DNA from: Verrucomicrobiaceae bacterium | Lineage (GTDB): Bacteria; Verrucomicrobiota; Verrucomicrobiia; Verrucomicrobiales; Akkermansiaceae | Direction of reading: 5' to 3' | Length of the DNA stretch: 64,000 nucleotides | NCBI GenBank assembly: GCA_051252135.1 | Contig: JBPOGH010000011.1 | Span: 1-64,000, forward strand | In this document: positions 9,261 to 20,035 of the stretch, one piece after another | Layout: each line of letters starts with the position of its first letter | How positions within the stretch are numbered: position 1 is the stretch's first letter | Translations under genes and position numbers: made by a program | The notes under the pieces: generated by a model | Database searches by the model: none | What the model was told of the DNA's origin: nothing | The model's input: the letters and a program-made list of their open reading frames with translations, nothing else

Positions 9261-12062
9261 ATGAAGCTCTTTCTCTCCCTCACTCTCGCCTCGCTCGCCT
9301 TCGCGCATGCCAATCCCGTTGCAGGCACCGGTTCCGATCTCAAGCCCGACTCCAATGCCCTCTTCGGCTCCATGGACAATGGCTTCAATTACGTCATCTA
9401 CCCCAATGCCGAACCTCCCGGACGCTTCTCGGTCCGTCTCCACATCGCCGCCGGATCCCTCATGGAAGATGATGACCAACGAGGCCTCGCCCACTTCCTC
9501 GAACACATGGTCTTCAATGGCTCCCGCAATTTCACCTCCGACGAGCTCATCCCGAAAATGCAACGCCTCGGCATCGCCTTCGGCGCCCACGCCAATGCCT
9601 ACACCTCCTTCGATGAAACAGTCTACATGCTCGACCTCCCCAACATGCAGGAAGACACCCTCGACCTCACCTTCACCGTCATGCGCGATTTCGCCGATGG
9701 CGCACTCCTCAAAACCGAAGAGATCGACAAAGAGCGCGGCGTCATCATTTCCGAAAAGACCTCCCGTGACTCCGTCGGCTACCGCATGATGCTCAAGCAG
9801 TTCGAATTCCTTCTTCCCGGCTCCCGCCTCATGCAGCGCGTCCCCATCGGCACCGAGGAAGTCATCAAGAACGCCCCCCGCGAGCGCTTCGTCGATTTCT
9901 ACCGCCAGTACTACAACCCCAAGCGCATGACCTTCGTCGTCGTTGGAGATTTCGAGGCCAAGGAAATGGAAAAGCGCGTCCGCGAAGCCTTCATCTCCCT
10001 CGCCAATCCCGACGACCCCGGCAAAACACCACCCGCCGACACCGCACCCTCCGGCTTCGGTCTCCGCAGTGAGGTCTTCACCGACAAGGAGATCACCTCG
10101 GATGACGTCACCCTTTACGCCCTCCGCGACTACACTCCCAAGCCCGACACCAAGGCCAACCGCCTCGCCCTCTACCCCCTCAGCGTCGCCCACTCCATTC
10201 TGAACCGACGCTTCGAAGTCCTCGCCAAAGCCGAAGGCTCACCCATTCTCGGCGGTGGTGGCGGACGCACCATCTACTTCAATCAAATCGAATCCGGAGC
10301 CCTTTCCGTCAGCCCCGGCGAAAACCAATGGGAAGCCGCCGTCCCCGTTCTCGAACAGGAATTCCGCCGCGCCCTCCTCCACGGATTCACCCAGGCCGAG
10401 GTCGATGAAATCTCAGCCCGCCTCATCAACTCTGCCGAGCAAGCCGTCAAGCGCGCGCCCACCCGCGAATCCGATGGCCTCGCCATGGCCTTCATCAGCG
10501 CCATCGGGAATAAAAACGTCTTCACCACTCCCGAGACCCAACTCGAGATCACCAAAGAAGCAGTCGCCATACTCACCCCCGAATCCATCCACGAAGCCTT
10601 CAAAACCTTCTGGGCCGGAAAAGACCGCTCCCTCGTTCTCACTTCCAAAGAAGCTCCCGAAGGCACGGCCGACAAACTCAAGGACCTCTTCCTCAAAAGC
10701 CAATCAGTCGAGGTCGCCCCCCCTTCCAAAGAAGAACTCGCCCCCTTCGCTTACACCGATTTCGGCCCCGCCGGCACCGTCACCAGCACCAAGGAACTTC
10801 CTGATCTCGAAGCCACCCAGCTCGTCCTTTCCAATGGCGTCCGCGTCAACTTCAAGAAGACCGACTTCAAAAAGAACAGCATCTCACTCAATGCCCGCTT
10901 CGGAAATGGCACCTTCACCATGTCCAAGGACCACCCCGGTCTCGACCAGTTTGCCAGTATGCTCGTCTCCACCGGTGGCCTCGGTCAGCACTCCGCTGAT
11001 GACCTCGAGCGCATCCTCGCCGGGCGAAATGTCGGAATCGGTTTCTCCATTGGTAATGACGCCTTCTCCATCGGAGGACGCACCACTCCCGACGATCTCG
11101 AACTCCAGCTCCAACTCATGGTCGCTCAACTCACCGACCCCGGCTTCCGCCCGGAAGCCGAACGACAGATCAAGATGATGATGCCCATGATGTACAATCA
11201 GCTTAAGCACACCATGCAGGGAGGATTCATCGAAATGACCCGCCAGCTTCACGGAGGCGATTACCGCTTCAGCTACCCTCCTCAGGAAAAAGCCGCCACC
11301 TACAACACCGAAATGGCCAAGCAGTGGCTCCTTCCCGAGTTCAAGGACACCCCGCTCGAACTCACCATCGTGGGTGATATCGATCAGGACAAACTCATCC
11401 CCCTCATCCTCAAGACCTTCGGCGCCCTCCCCCAACGCAAAACCGAAAAGCCCAACTTCGACGAGCTGCTCAAAATCTACATGCCCTCCTCACCGGGCAG
11501 CGAGACCATCACCTTCGACTCCAAAATCCCCAACGCCGCCGCCGTCGCCGTCTGGAAGATTCCCGCCACCGGAGAGGACATCGCCACCTCACGTCGCTTC
11601 AACCTCCTCTCCTCCATCCTCAGCGATCGCATGCGCGAGGAAATCCGTGAAAAACTCGGCGGCTCCTACAGCCCCCGTGCCGGCTCCGCTCCCAGCCAGA
11701 CCCTCGACGTCGGCTTCCTCCGCGCCATCGCCCAGGTCAAACCCGAGGAAACAAAAAAATACGGCGAACTCATGATCAAGCTCGCCGACATCATGTCGAA
11801 AGAAGGCGTCACCGCTGACGAACTCGAGCGCGCCCTCAAACCCATCCAGTCCAACCTCAAGGAATCCCTCCGTGATAACGGCTACTGGCTCGGCACCGTC
11901 CTCTCCGGCAGCCAGGAAAAGCCCAAAAAACTCGAATGGGCCAGACAGCGCGACCAGGACTACGCCTCCATCACCGTCGAGGAACTCAACCAACTCGCCA
12001 CCCAATACCTCAAAGCCGAAAACGCTCTCATGTATGAGATCGTCCCCAAAGAAGGCGAGTAA
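9261..12062 (+). CDS. M16 (insulinase/PqqL-like) zinc protease, secreted
   Basis: Signal peptide from ATG 9261; HFLEH inverted zinc motif, NAYTSFDETVY, second M16 half (LSNGVRV). Confidence 0.93.
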   Translation: MKLFLSLTLASLAFAHANPVAGTGSDLKPDSNALFGSMDNGFNYVIYPNAEPPGRFSVRLHIAAGSLMEDDDQRGLAHFLEHMVFNGSRNFTSDELIPKMQRLGIAFGAHANAYTSFDETVYMLDLPNMQEDTLDLTFTVMRDFADGALLKTEEIDKERGVIISEKTSRDSVGYRMMLKQFEFLLPGSRLMQRVPIGTEEVIKNAPRERFVDFYRQYYNPKRMTFVVVGDFEAKEMEKRVREAFISLANPDDPGKTPPADTAPSGFGLRSEVFTDKEITSDDVTLYALRDYTPKPDTKANRLALYPLSVAHSILNRRFEVLAKAEGSPILGGGGGRTIYFNQIESGALSVSPGENQWEAAVPVLEQEFRRALLHGFTQAEVDEISARLINSAEQAVKRAPTRESDGLAMAFISAIGNKNVFTTPETQLEITKEAVAILTPESIHEAFKTFWAGKDRSLVLTSKEAPEGTADKLKDLFLKSQSVEVAPPSKEELAPFAYTDFGPAGTVTSTKELPDLEATQLVLSNGVRVNFKKTDFKKNSISLNARFGNGTFTMSKDHPGLDQFASMLVSTGGLGQHSADDLERILAGRNVGIGFSIGNDAFSIGGRTTPDDLELQLQLMVAQLTDPGFRPEAERQIKMMMPMMYNQLKHTMQGGFIEMTRQLHGGDYRFSYPPQEKAATYNTEMAKQWLLPEFKDTPLELTIVGDIDQDKLIPLILKTFGALPQRKTEKPNFDELLKIYMPSSPGSETITFDSKIPNAAAVAVWKIPATGEDIATSRRFNLLSSILSDRMREEIREKLGGSYSPRAGSAPSQTLDVGFLRAIAQVKPEETKKYGELMIKLADIMSKEGVTADELERALKPIQSNLKESLRDNGYWLGTVLSGSQEKPKKLEWARQRDQDYASITVEELNQLATQYLKAENALMYEIVPKEGE

Positions 12063-12070
12063 TCAACCCG

Positions 12071-12096
12071 GCAGGGACCTTTCTCCGAAAGGTCCG
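12071..12096 (+). repeat. REP-like palindrome between convergent genes
   Basis: GCAG followed by GGACCTTTC-TCC-GAAAGGTCC hairpin. Confidence 0.45.
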
Positions 12097-12169
12097 GCTG
12101 CTACAACGCCGCCAAACCCTTCGATCACCAACCCCCAAAGCGCGGTAAAGCTCAAAGCCCCCAGCCCCC

Positions 12170-12715
12170 CTAACTCTCCCCCTTCGCCCGAGGCTCCCCG
12201 CTCTCACGGGTGCTTCCCGGACTCGTCACAAAGGGCCCGCCTTCAAGCGGAGCCACTCCGGAGAACGCCACATCCGGCATCTCACTCTCCTTGCCCGCAA
12301 GCGGGAAATCCTTGCGCAACGGGAAGTAAGGAAAACCCTCCCACATCAAAATCCGCTCCATCTGCGGGTGACCGGCAAACCGAATGCCCATCATATCGTA
12401 GACCTCACGCTCATGCCAGTTGGCCGTTTTCCAAAGGTCGCAAACCGTCGGCACTTCCTCCTCATCCTCAACCTTCGCCTTAATGCGGAGGTGCTTGGAA
12501 TCATCGAGGGTTGCCAGTTCATAAACCATTTCAAAGCGAGGCTCCTCGCCCAGATGATCAATGCTCGAAATATCAAGCAAGAGCTCATACCCCTTCTCGT
12601 GGGTCTTTTGCAAAGTCGCCTTCAACTCGGAAAGCGGCACGGTGATCGTAGTCTCACCACGAAATTCAACAACCTCTCCCGAGGTCAACTCTTGGGCATC
12701 AGCAAGCACACTCAT
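12170..12715 (-). CDS. nuoC: NADH-quinone oxidoreductase subunit C
   Basis: WHEREVYDMMGIRFAGHP and PLRKDFPL motifs. Confidence 0.95.
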   Translation of the reverse strand: MSVLADAQELTSGEVVEFRGETTITVPLSELKATLQKTHEKGYELLLDISSIDHLGEEPRFEMVYELATLDDSKHLRIKAKVEDEEEVPTVCDLWKTANWHEREVYDMMGIRFAGHPQMERILMWEGFPYFPLRKDFPLAGKESEMPDVAFSGVAPLEGGPFVTSPGSTRESGEPRAKGES

Positions 12716-12720
12716 CGGTC

Positions 12721-13251
12721 TTAAGCTTCAACGGGTTCTTGTTTCTGAGCCTTCAGCGACTCCTCTTCTCCAATCTTCTCCTGAAGCTTCATCAAGCCCT
12801 CAATGAGAGCCTCGGGACGCGGTGGGCATCCGGAAATATAAACATCGACCGGAATGAGCCGGTCAATCCCCTGCAGCACCGCATAGCTGCGATACATCCC
12901 GCCAGACGAAGCACAGGCTCCCATTGCAATGCACCACTTCGGCTCCGGCATTTGATCCCAAATCCGTCTCACCGCCAGCGCCATCTTGTAGGTCACCGTG
13001 CCCGCCACAATCATCACATCCGCCTGTCTGGGAGAAAAGCGCATCACTTCCGCACCAAAGCGCGAAATGTCGAAGCGGGAGGATGCCGTCGCCATCAGCT
13101 CGATCGCGCAGCAGGCAAGCCCCATCGGCATCGGCCAGAGCGAGTTGCTCCGCATCCAGTTGATCGCGGCGTCAACACGCGTGAAAATGATGTTTCCCTC
13201 GATCTTCGAATCGTAGGAAGTGTGTGAGACAGTAAGGTCGGAATCCACCAT
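12721..13251 (-). CDS. nuoB: NADH-quinone oxidoreductase subunit B
   Basis: [30 protein letters not shown] Fe-S motifs. Confidence 0.97.
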   Translation of the reverse strand: MVDSDLTVSHTSYDSKIEGNIIFTRVDAAINWMRSNSLWPMPMGLACCAIELMATASSRFDISRFGAEVMRFSPRQADVMIVAGTVTYKMALAVRRIWDQMPEPKWCIAMGACASSGGMYRSYAVLQGIDRLIPVDVYISGCPPRPEALIEGLMKLQEKIGEEESLKAQKQEPVEA

Positions 13252-13293
13252 GGCTACGGGCGGAGAATACCCGCGAAACCGCCCGCCTCAACC

Positions 13294-13317
13294 ACTTTGT
13301 GAAATTTTTCACAAAGT
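13294..13317. promoter_or_regulatory. Rex-type operator upstream of nuoBC
   Basis: Perfect palindrome ACTTTGTGAAA-TT-TTTCACAAAGT; core TTGTGAA-N4-TTCACAA; adjacent to TTGAGG-16-TATTCT promoter on the minus strand. Confidence 0.75.
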
Positions 13318-13338
13318 CTGACACCACCCAATTCCCCC

Positions 13339-14487
13339 CTATTTCCAATGCCGATCCGCAAAGTCCATAAAATACCCCCAATCTTCCGCCAACAAATTGT
13401 GTTTTCCCGCCCGCAGATGGTAGCCCACATGCCCCTCATGTAGCGGCCTCCCCACCTCCGGCATCTCACGCGCCCCCACCCCCTTGAGCCCAAATAGCTC
13501 ATAAACCGGACCCGCCTCCCGCGCTGCCAGAAACTCCCCTTCCGGATCCGACCAGAGGTCCTTCTCCGCACTCGCAACATAAACCAATCTCGGAGCCACC
13601 AACGCAATCAGCTGATGCTGGTCAAAAGGCATCTCATCCTCACGATCGTTCCACGTCTTGTAATTCCCGCAAAACCAGTGCGGAAAGACCGTATTGATCC
13701 GCGCCACCCGCTCCCCCAGCTTACGCTTCGCCAACGCCGCCCCCGTGCAGCCCGACTCGTTCGATACCACCATCGCGAATCGCTCGTCCCGCGCCCCCGC
13801 CCACAAAGCCGCCTTCCCCCCTCGCGAAAACCCCACCAAAGCCACCTTCTCCTCATCAAAGTCCGCCGTTCCTTCAAAATAATCCATCACCCGCGACGCC
13901 CCCCATCCCCAGGCCGCCACCGCCCCCCACGACTCCCCCGTTCGCTTCCCCCCGTCAAACAACCCGTGCACCCCGTTCTTGAATCCATCATCCTCGTCCG
14001 GATCCACATCGTGATTCAGAAAAACCGCCGCCGCATAACCCCGATCCACCATCGCCTCCGCCGGCCAAAACTCCGGCTTCGCCTCCCGCTCCTCATCAAT
14101 CGCTCCCTCCCCGCGATAACACATCAGCAACATCGTCGGCACCGGACCCTTCACCGCTGTCGGAAGAAAAGTCACCAGCCGAATCTTCCCTCTCGGTCCC
14201 TCTTCCGTCGCCCCATAACGAATCTCCACAATCCGCCGCCTCGCCTTCCCTTCCATCATTGGCACATCCTCGCCCACCTGCGCAAACTCCAGCACCTCAG
14301 GCCTCCCCACCGCACAGCGCCCATAAACCTGCCTTTCAAAAAATGAAAAGGCCGCCGGCCTAACCCGCTCCTTCCAATCCTCTGCCAACTTCGCCGCCGG
14401 ATTACCCAATACCGGTGGAAGTGGTGGTAAGTCTTCAGCAGAAAGTAAGGACGACATCACAAGAGCTAGAAAGCCACGACAGATCAC
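13339..14487 (-). CDS. Carbohydrate esterase family 15 (glucuronoyl esterase-like)
   Basis: AWGWGASRVMDY, GFSRGGK nucleophile, SGCTGA, PFDQH, GKH motifs; signal peptide. Confidence 0.85.
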   Translation of the reverse strand: MICRGFLALVMSSLLSAEDLPPLPPVLGNPAAKLAEDWKERVRPAAFSFFERQVYGRCAVGRPEVLEFAQVGEDVPMMEGKARRRIVEIRYGATEEGPRGKIRLVTFLPTAVKGPVPTMLLMCYRGEGAIDEEREAKPEFWPAEAMVDRGYAAAVFLNHDVDPDEDDGFKNGVHGLFDGGKRTGESWGAVAAWGWGASRVMDYFEGTADFDEEKVALVGFSRGGKAALWAGARDERFAMVVSNESGCTGAALAKRKLGERVARINTVFPHWFCGNYKTWNDREDEMPFDQHQLIALVAPRLVYVASAEKDLWSDPEGEFLAAREAGPVYELFGLKGVGAREMPEVGRPLHEGHVGYHLRAGKHNLLAEDWGYFMDFADRHWK

Positions 14488-14526
14488 AAGGGATCCGATA
14501 CGTGTTTTGCGGCATTTTTCTTGCGA

Positions 14527-15309
14527 TCAATCAGCCAAAAACCCCGTCAGCGGACTCGTCGCCGAGGCATGATCCAATTCCTCCGGCACCCCCAATTCAT
14601 AAGCCTCACGCCCCGCTTCCGTCGCCTTCGCAAACGCCCGCCCCATCGCACAAGGATCGGACGCGATCGCAATCGCCGTATTCACCAGCACCGCATCCGC
14701 CCCAAGCTCCATCGCTTCCGCCGCATGACTCGGCGCCCCAATCCCCGCATCCACCACCACCGGCACCGTTGCCTGATCCACAATAATCCGAATCTGGTCC
14801 CGCGTCGTGATCCCCTTGTTCGTCCCAATCGGAGCACCCAGGGGCATCACCGTTGCCGTCCCCACTTCCTGCAAACGCTTCGCCAGAACCGGGTCGGCAT
14901 TGATGTAGGGCAGCACCACAAACCCCTCCTTCACCAATTGCTCGGCCGCCTTCAGCGTCTCGATCGGATCGGGCAGCAAGTAGGTCGGATCCGGATGAAT
15001 CTCGAGCTTCACCCACTTGGGCAACCCCGCCGCCGCCGCAAGCCGTGCCAATCGCACCGCCTCCTCGGCATTCATCGCCCCGCTCGTGTTGGGCAAAATG
15101 AGATACTTATCCGGATCCACAAATTCCAAAATATTGGAAAACGGATCCTTCCCCCCACTCAGGTCAGCACGTCGTAAAGCCACCGTCACGATCTCCGTGC
15201 CGCTGGCTTCCAACGCATCCCGCATCAGCTCCAAAGAAGAAAACTTCCCCGTGCCGAGCATCAGGCGGGAATTGAACTCACGTCCCGCGATAACCAGAGG
15301 TTGACTCAT
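14527..15309 (-). CDS. thiG: Thiazole synthase
   Basis: [35 protein letters not shown]. Confidence 0.97.
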   Translation of the reverse strand: MSQPLVIAGREFNSRLMLGTGKFSSLELMRDALEASGTEIVTVALRRADLSGGKDPFSNILEFVDPDKYLILPNTSGAMNAEEAVRLARLAAAAGLPKWVKLEIHPDPTYLLPDPIETLKAAEQLVKEGFVVLPYINADPVLAKRLQEVGTATVMPLGAPIGTNKGITTRDQIRIIVDQATVPVVVDAGIGAPSHAAEAMELGADAVLVNTAIAIASDPCAMGRAFAKATEAGREAYELGVPEELDHASATSPLTGFLAD

Positions 15310-16296
15310 TTAGGAAGGAATGAGGTCTTTGACCGCTTCACGCTCTTCGCTCAGCTCAGCCACCGAGGCATCCACTTTCGCTCGGGAGAACTCGTCGAGT
15401 TCAACTCCCTGCACCACACTCCAGTTCTTGCCGTCGGTCTTGATCGGCATCGATGCAATGAGCCCTTCGGGAATCCCGTAGGACCCGTCGGAACAAACCG
15501 CAACACTGGTCCAATCCCCTTCCGGAGTCGGAGTGGTCAATGAGCGAACGGTATCAACAACACCATTGGCTGCGGAAGCTGCCGAACTCGCACCACGCGC
15601 CTTGATGATCGCCGCACCACGCTGCTGCACCGTGCTGATGAACTCACTTTCCAGCCACGCACGATCAGAAATGACATCCGTCACAAGCTGTCCCTTGATC
15701 CGGGCATTCGTGAAATCAGGATACTGCGTCGCCGAGTGATTCCCCCAGATGCACATGTTCGTCACATCGCTGTTGTGAACCCCAGCCTTGGCCGCAAGCT
15801 GGCTCTTCGCCCGATTCTCATCGAGACGCGTCATCGCAAAAAACTGATTGTTCGGAATACCCGCCGCGTTGTTCATCGCAATCAGGCAGTTCGTGTTGCA
15901 GGGGTTCCCCACCACAAGAGTCCGGACTCCGGCCGCCGCATTCGCCGCAATTGCCTGTCCCTGCCCCGTGAAAATCTTTCCGTTGATCCCAAGGAGATCG
16001 GCCCGCTCCATACCCGCCTTGCGAGGAACCGAACCCACCAAAAGTGCCCAATCCGTCCCCCGAAATCCCTCTGCCAGATCACAGGTCGGAACAATCTCGT
16101 TCAAAAGAGGAAACGCACAGTCATCCAGCTCCATCACAGTCCCCTCCAGGGCTCCCATCGCAGGCTCAATTTCAATCAAACGCAGATTCACCGGCTGGTC
16201 GGGCCCGAACATGGAGCCGGAAGCAATGCGGGTGAGAAGAGCGTAGCCAATTTGGCCGGCGGCGCCGGTCACGGAAATGGTGATGGGATCTTTCAT
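15310..16296 (-). CDS. mdh: Malate dehydrogenase
   Basis: [40 protein letters not shown]. Confidence 0.97.
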   Translation of the reverse strand: MKDPITISVTGAAGQIGYALLTRIASGSMFGPDQPVNLRLIEIEPAMGALEGTVMELDDCAFPLLNEIVPTCDLAEGFRGTDWALLVGSVPRKAGMERADLLGINGKIFTGQGQAIAANAAAGVRTLVVGNPCNTNCLIAMNNAAGIPNNQFFAMTRLDENRAKSQLAAKAGVHNSDVTNMCIWGNHSATQYPDFTNARIKGQLVTDVISDRAWLESEFISTVQQRGAAIIKARGASSAASAANGVVDTVRSLTTPTPEGDWTSVAVCSDGSYGIPEGLIASMPIKTDGKNWSVVQGVELDEFSRAKVDASVAELSEEREAVKDLIPS

Positions 16297-16348
16297 AGCG
16301 ATGCCCGAGCAATAACGCCACCACTCCCAGCGGTCAACCTCAACACCC

Positions 16349-18229
16349 TTACAAAGGCCAAATCACCGGAATCAGGAAACTGGCCACAATCCAAAGAATC
16401 ACCGCCAGCGGAAAACCCGCCCGGAAGAAGTCCCCAAACTGGTAGCCCCCCGCCCCGTAAACAAAGGTATTCGTCTGATACCCAATCGGAGTCGCAAAGC
16501 TCGCCGAAGACCCAAACATCACCGCCGCAATGAACGGCCGCGCATCCACCCCAAGCTGCACACTCACAATAATGGCCAGAGGCGTCAGCAGTGCCGCCAC
16601 CGCATTGTTACTCACCATCTCCGTCAGCACCGCCGCCAGCAAATAAAACACTGCAATCAATATCCGCGGATCGGCATCCCCCACCGTCCGGACCACCCAG
16701 TTTGCGAGCTGCATCGCCACCCCTGAAAACTCAAGAGCCTTCCCCAACCCCAGCATCCCGATAATCAAAAAAAGCACTTTCCACTCAATCGCTTCGTATG
16801 CTTCGGATGGCTCAAGGCAGCGCGTCACCAAGACAAAGACCGCCGAGGTCAGGGCAATCAATACGATCGGTATCTGGGGAATCACACCGGCCCCACCCAG
16901 CGCCCCCACCACCATAAACGACAGCAATGCCAGAATCGCCAACGGAGCCTTGCTCTTTCGCACAACCTGATGCTTGGGCTCCGAAAGGTTCACAAAATCC
17001 TTCTCCTGAAAAAGCTGCTGCATCCGCCGGGCCGGCCCCTGCACCAAAAGAGTATCACCGAACGCCAGCTTCACGTCCTCGAACCGGGCCTGCAAATTCT
17101 TTCCCCGACGATGCACCGCCACAATGATCACCCCGAAACGCTGTCGAAAATTTAACTCCCGCAGACTCTTTCCCGCCATCGAGGAATCCGGCCCGATGAT
17201 CCCCTCCATCAGCACCGCCGATTCCGTCCGCACATCCTCCAACCCAATCTCCCCCTTCATTGCACTCACCCCGGTCTCTGTCGAAAGACTCATGATCTCC
17301 TCAAGTTTCCCCTTCAGGATGATCTCATCAGCTTCTTCCAAAACCGTTGCATTGAGACCCGTCTGCACCCGTCTCCCGTCCCGCACCACATCAATCACCC
17401 GCGCCTTCTTCATTTTGCGCAGCCAGGTATCGGAAAGGTTTTGCCCGATCAGCGGCGACTCCGGCGAAACAAAGGCCCGCGTGATGAACTCCCTCGAGTC
17501 CTTGCTGTCAATCAAGGCTGCCAGCGTCACCCGATCCGGAAGAAGCTTCTGCCCCACCGTCGTCAGGTAAATAAAAGTGATCACCACAAAAACAAGCCCC
17601 AGCGGCGTCACGTCAAACATCCCAAACGCCAAATCCTTATCGTAATTCGCCGCAATCCCCGAGGCCACCAGATTCGTCGACGTCCCGATAATCGTCGTCG
17701 TCCCCCCCACAATCGCCGCGTAGGAAAGCGGAATCAAAAAGCGCGAGGCCTTCCATTCCTTGCGACGACAAATCGCCAACACGATCGGCATAAACACCAC
17801 CACCACCGGGGTATTGTTCATAAAACCCGAGAGCCCTGCCACAATCACAATCATCACCACCAGCATCCTCTTGGGACTCGTCGCCGCCACTTTCTCAAAC
17901 CAATTGCCCAGAATATCCACCACCCCGGTGCGCTCCAGTGCCGCACTCAGGACAAACATGCACGCCACCGTAATCACCGCCGGATGCGCAAACACCTTTA
18001 ACGCATCCGCGTTCATCCTTCTCAACGCCTCCTTGAGCTCCGCGCCAACCAGATCAGGACTCGGTGAACCCACCGCGATCGGCAGCACACCGATCAACAC
18101 GCAGACCACCAGCGCCATCATCGCCACCACCTCGGGAGGAAGCAGCTCCTTCACAAAACTCGCAAACACCAGGAACACGAGGATCACCAATGCAATTTGT
18201 TGCCACGTCTCAACCATCTTGTGAATCAA
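16349..18229 (-). CDS. SLC13/DASS family transporter with TrkA-C domains
   Basis: [18 protein letters not shown] motifs; two soluble RCK-C-like domains between TM bundles; start codon approximate. Confidence 0.9.
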   Translation of the reverse strand: MIHKMVETWQQIALVILVFLVFASFVKELLPPEVVAMMALVVCVLIGVLPIAVGSPSPDLVGAELKEALRRMNADALKVFAHPAVITVACMFVLSAALERTGVVDILGNWFEKVAATSPKRMLVVMIVIVAGLSGFMNNTPVVVVFMPIVLAICRRKEWKASRFLIPLSYAAIVGGTTTIIGTSTNLVASGIAANYDKDLAFGMFDVTPLGLVFVVITFIYLTTVGQKLLPDRVTLAALIDSKDSREFITRAFVSPESPLIGQNLSDTWLRKMKKARVIDVVRDGRRVQTGLNATVLEEADEIILKGKLEEIMSLSTETGVSAMKGEIGLEDVRTESAVLMEGIIGPDSSMAGKSLRELNFRQRFGVIIVAVHRRGKNLQARFEDVKLAFGDTLLVQGPARRMQQLFQEKDFVNLSEPKHQVVRKSKAPLAILALLSFMVVGALGGAGVIPQIPIVLIALTSAVFVLVTRCLEPSEAYEAIEWKVLFLIIGMLGLGKALEFSGVAMQLANWVVRTVGDADPRILIAVFYLLAAVLTEMVSNNAVAALLTPLAIIVSVQLGVDARPFIAAVMFGSSASFATPIGYQTNTFVYGAGGYQFGDFFRAGFPLAVILWIVASFLIPVIWPL

Positions 18230-18260
18230 GTCTGACCAGCTCCCCCCTCAGGCGCAAGGA

Positions 18261-18578
18261 TCACTCGTTGCCAAAATCGGTATTTGGCCGACGCCTCCTC
18301 ACCGACACCCGCCCTCCCCGGGCCCGACGGATCGGTTCAAAGACATGATCCGCCCCCGTCGACTTGATCTCCCCCACCATCGCCATCAGCTCCCCCAACC
18401 TCCCCTTCGGCCACCCCCGCTCCATAAACCAGCCAAAATACTCCGGCGGCAAATCCGTGATTGGCATCCCCCTTGGAGGATAATCCTTCGGACCATACTT
18501 CCCAAAGGGCATGTAAGTCCCCGCAATCTCATTCAAGAGATTTCGAAAGTCATCGCGGTCAATTTCGGTAAAGTTCAT
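18261..18578 (-). CDS. DUF3820 family protein
   Basis: MPFGKY, DLPPEY.WF...GWPKGRLGELM signature. Confidence 0.8.
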   Translation of the reverse strand: MNFTEIDRDDFRNLLNEIAGTYMPFGKYGPKDYPPRGMPITDLPPEYFGWFMERGWPKGRLGELMAMVGEIKSTGADHVFEPIRRARGGRVSVRRRRPNTDFGNE

Positions 18579-18722
18579 GAACAGTGGTAAATGATGCTCC
18601 GGTTTTTTCGAACAACGCTCCTTCAAATACAACGCCGCTGGCTCAATTGGAAATTCTAAACGCCCACCACAACCCCGTGGGTCGGCATTCGCCCCCCCAA
18701 TTGACACTTTCCTACGGTAACA

Positions 18723-18749
18723 TAACAAGTTAAGTTCACTTAACAAGTT
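18723..18749. promoter_or_regulatory. Putative operator in divergent promoter region
   Basis: Palindrome GTTAAGT-TC-ACTTAAC (18729-18744) overlapping a direct repeat TAACAAGTT x2, just downstream of TTGACA at 18701. Confidence 0.5.
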
Positions 18750-18814
18750 TGATGGGGCTCCCCCGATCCTCTTCCCCGAAGAATCCCAAAACCATTTCCG
18801 CATCGCCCGACCCC

Positions 18815-20035
18815 ATGATTCGAAAACTAAAATCCATTGAGAAACCGATTCGAGTCGGTCTTGCTGGTGCAGGGTGCATGGGAACCGGCATCGCACATCA
18901 AATCTCCCTCACTCCGGGCATGTCCCTCGAGTGGATTTCCGCCAAAAATCTCGCAAGCTCTCAAAAAGCAGCCGCCTTAACCGGCACCCAAATCAGCGGA
19001 GATGACACCCAACACCTCCTCCGCGAACACCCTGTCGATGTCTTCGTAGAAGCCACCAGCACCATTTGGCCGGCCTTCCAATACTGCAAGACCGCACTGG
19101 AGAACAACACCCACGTCATCCTGATGAATGCCGAAGTCGATCTCGCCTTCGGCCCTCAACTTTGTCACCTCGCCTCCGCCAAAAACCTCATCGTCACATC
19201 CGATGCCGGGGATCAGCACGGCGTCCTCGCCACCATGATCCAGGAAATCCAACTCTGGGGATTTGAGATCATTCAGGCCGGAAACATCAAAGGCTTCCTG
19301 AACCGCCACGCCACCTCCGCCGAACTGATCGAAGAGGCCGCCAAGCGAAACCTCGCCCCCCTCAAGTGCTGCGCCTTCACCGATGGCACCAAGGTCAATA
19401 TCGAGATGGCCATCCTCGCCAACGCCTTCCATCTCCTCCCCACCACCATCGGCATGACCGGGCCGACCGCCGATCAAGTGGATCAAGCGCTTCAGGTCTT
19501 CGATTTCGATAAACTCCCTGAAGGGATAGGCGCCGTCGACTACCTCCTCGGTTCTGGACTCGGCAGTGGTGTCTATGTCATCGCCAAGTCTGAGGACCCT
19601 ATCCAACAGCCCTACCTCGAATACTACAAAATCGGCCAAGGCCCCTACTACCTCTTCAAGCGCGACTACCACCTCTGCCATCTTGAAACCACAACCGCCA
19701 TCGCCAAAACCATCCTCTTCAAAGAACCCACCCTTCAGCCCTGGGCCGGCCGTCTCACCGACGTTTACGCCTTTGCCAAATCAAACATCCCGGCGAACAC
19801 CCTGATCCCGCACGGCATCGGTGGCGACCACTTCTATGGCCTCATCGCAACCTGCGAAGAAGCCCAGCAAAACAACTGGGTCCCCATTGCCCTCCTCGAT
19901 GACGAGGACCACCCGGCCACCACCACCGAAGCACTCCGGGCTGATCAAGCGCTCACCTGGGATCATCTCGCTTCATACAACCAACCCATGGTCGCCCTTT
20001 ACCACCGCCCGACAAATCACGCTCCTGTCAAATGA
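18815..20035 (+). CDS. NAD(P)-dependent oxidoreductase, homoserine-dehydrogenase-like with C-terminal SAF domain
   Basis: GAGCMG Rossmann motif, NAEVD, GDQHG, DGTK, GPYY, YHLCHLE. Confidence 0.8.
   Translation: MIRKLKSIEKPIRVGLAGAGCMGTGIAHQISLTPGMSLEWISAKNLASSQKAAALTGTQISGDDTQHLLREHPVDVFVEATSTIWPAFQYCKTALENNTHVILMNAEVDLAFGPQLCHLASAKNLIVTSDAGDQHGVLATMIQEIQLWGFEIIQAGNIKGFLNRHATSAELIEEAAKRNLAPLKCCAFTDGTKVNIEMAILANAFHLLPTTIGMTGPTADQVDQALQVFDFDKLPEGIGAVDYLLGSGLGSGVYVIAKSEDPIQQPYLEYYKIGQGPYYLFKRDYHLCHLETTTAIAKTILFKEPTLQPWAGRLTDVYAFAKSNIPANTLIPHGIGGDHFYGLIATCEEAQQNNWVPIALLDDEDHPATTTEALRADQALTWDHLASYNQPMVALYHRPTNHAPVK

Noticed and set aside
18601..18614. LexA-like TGTTC-N4-GAACA box upstream of the DUF3820 gene
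   Set aside because: Left half has two mismatches; too weak
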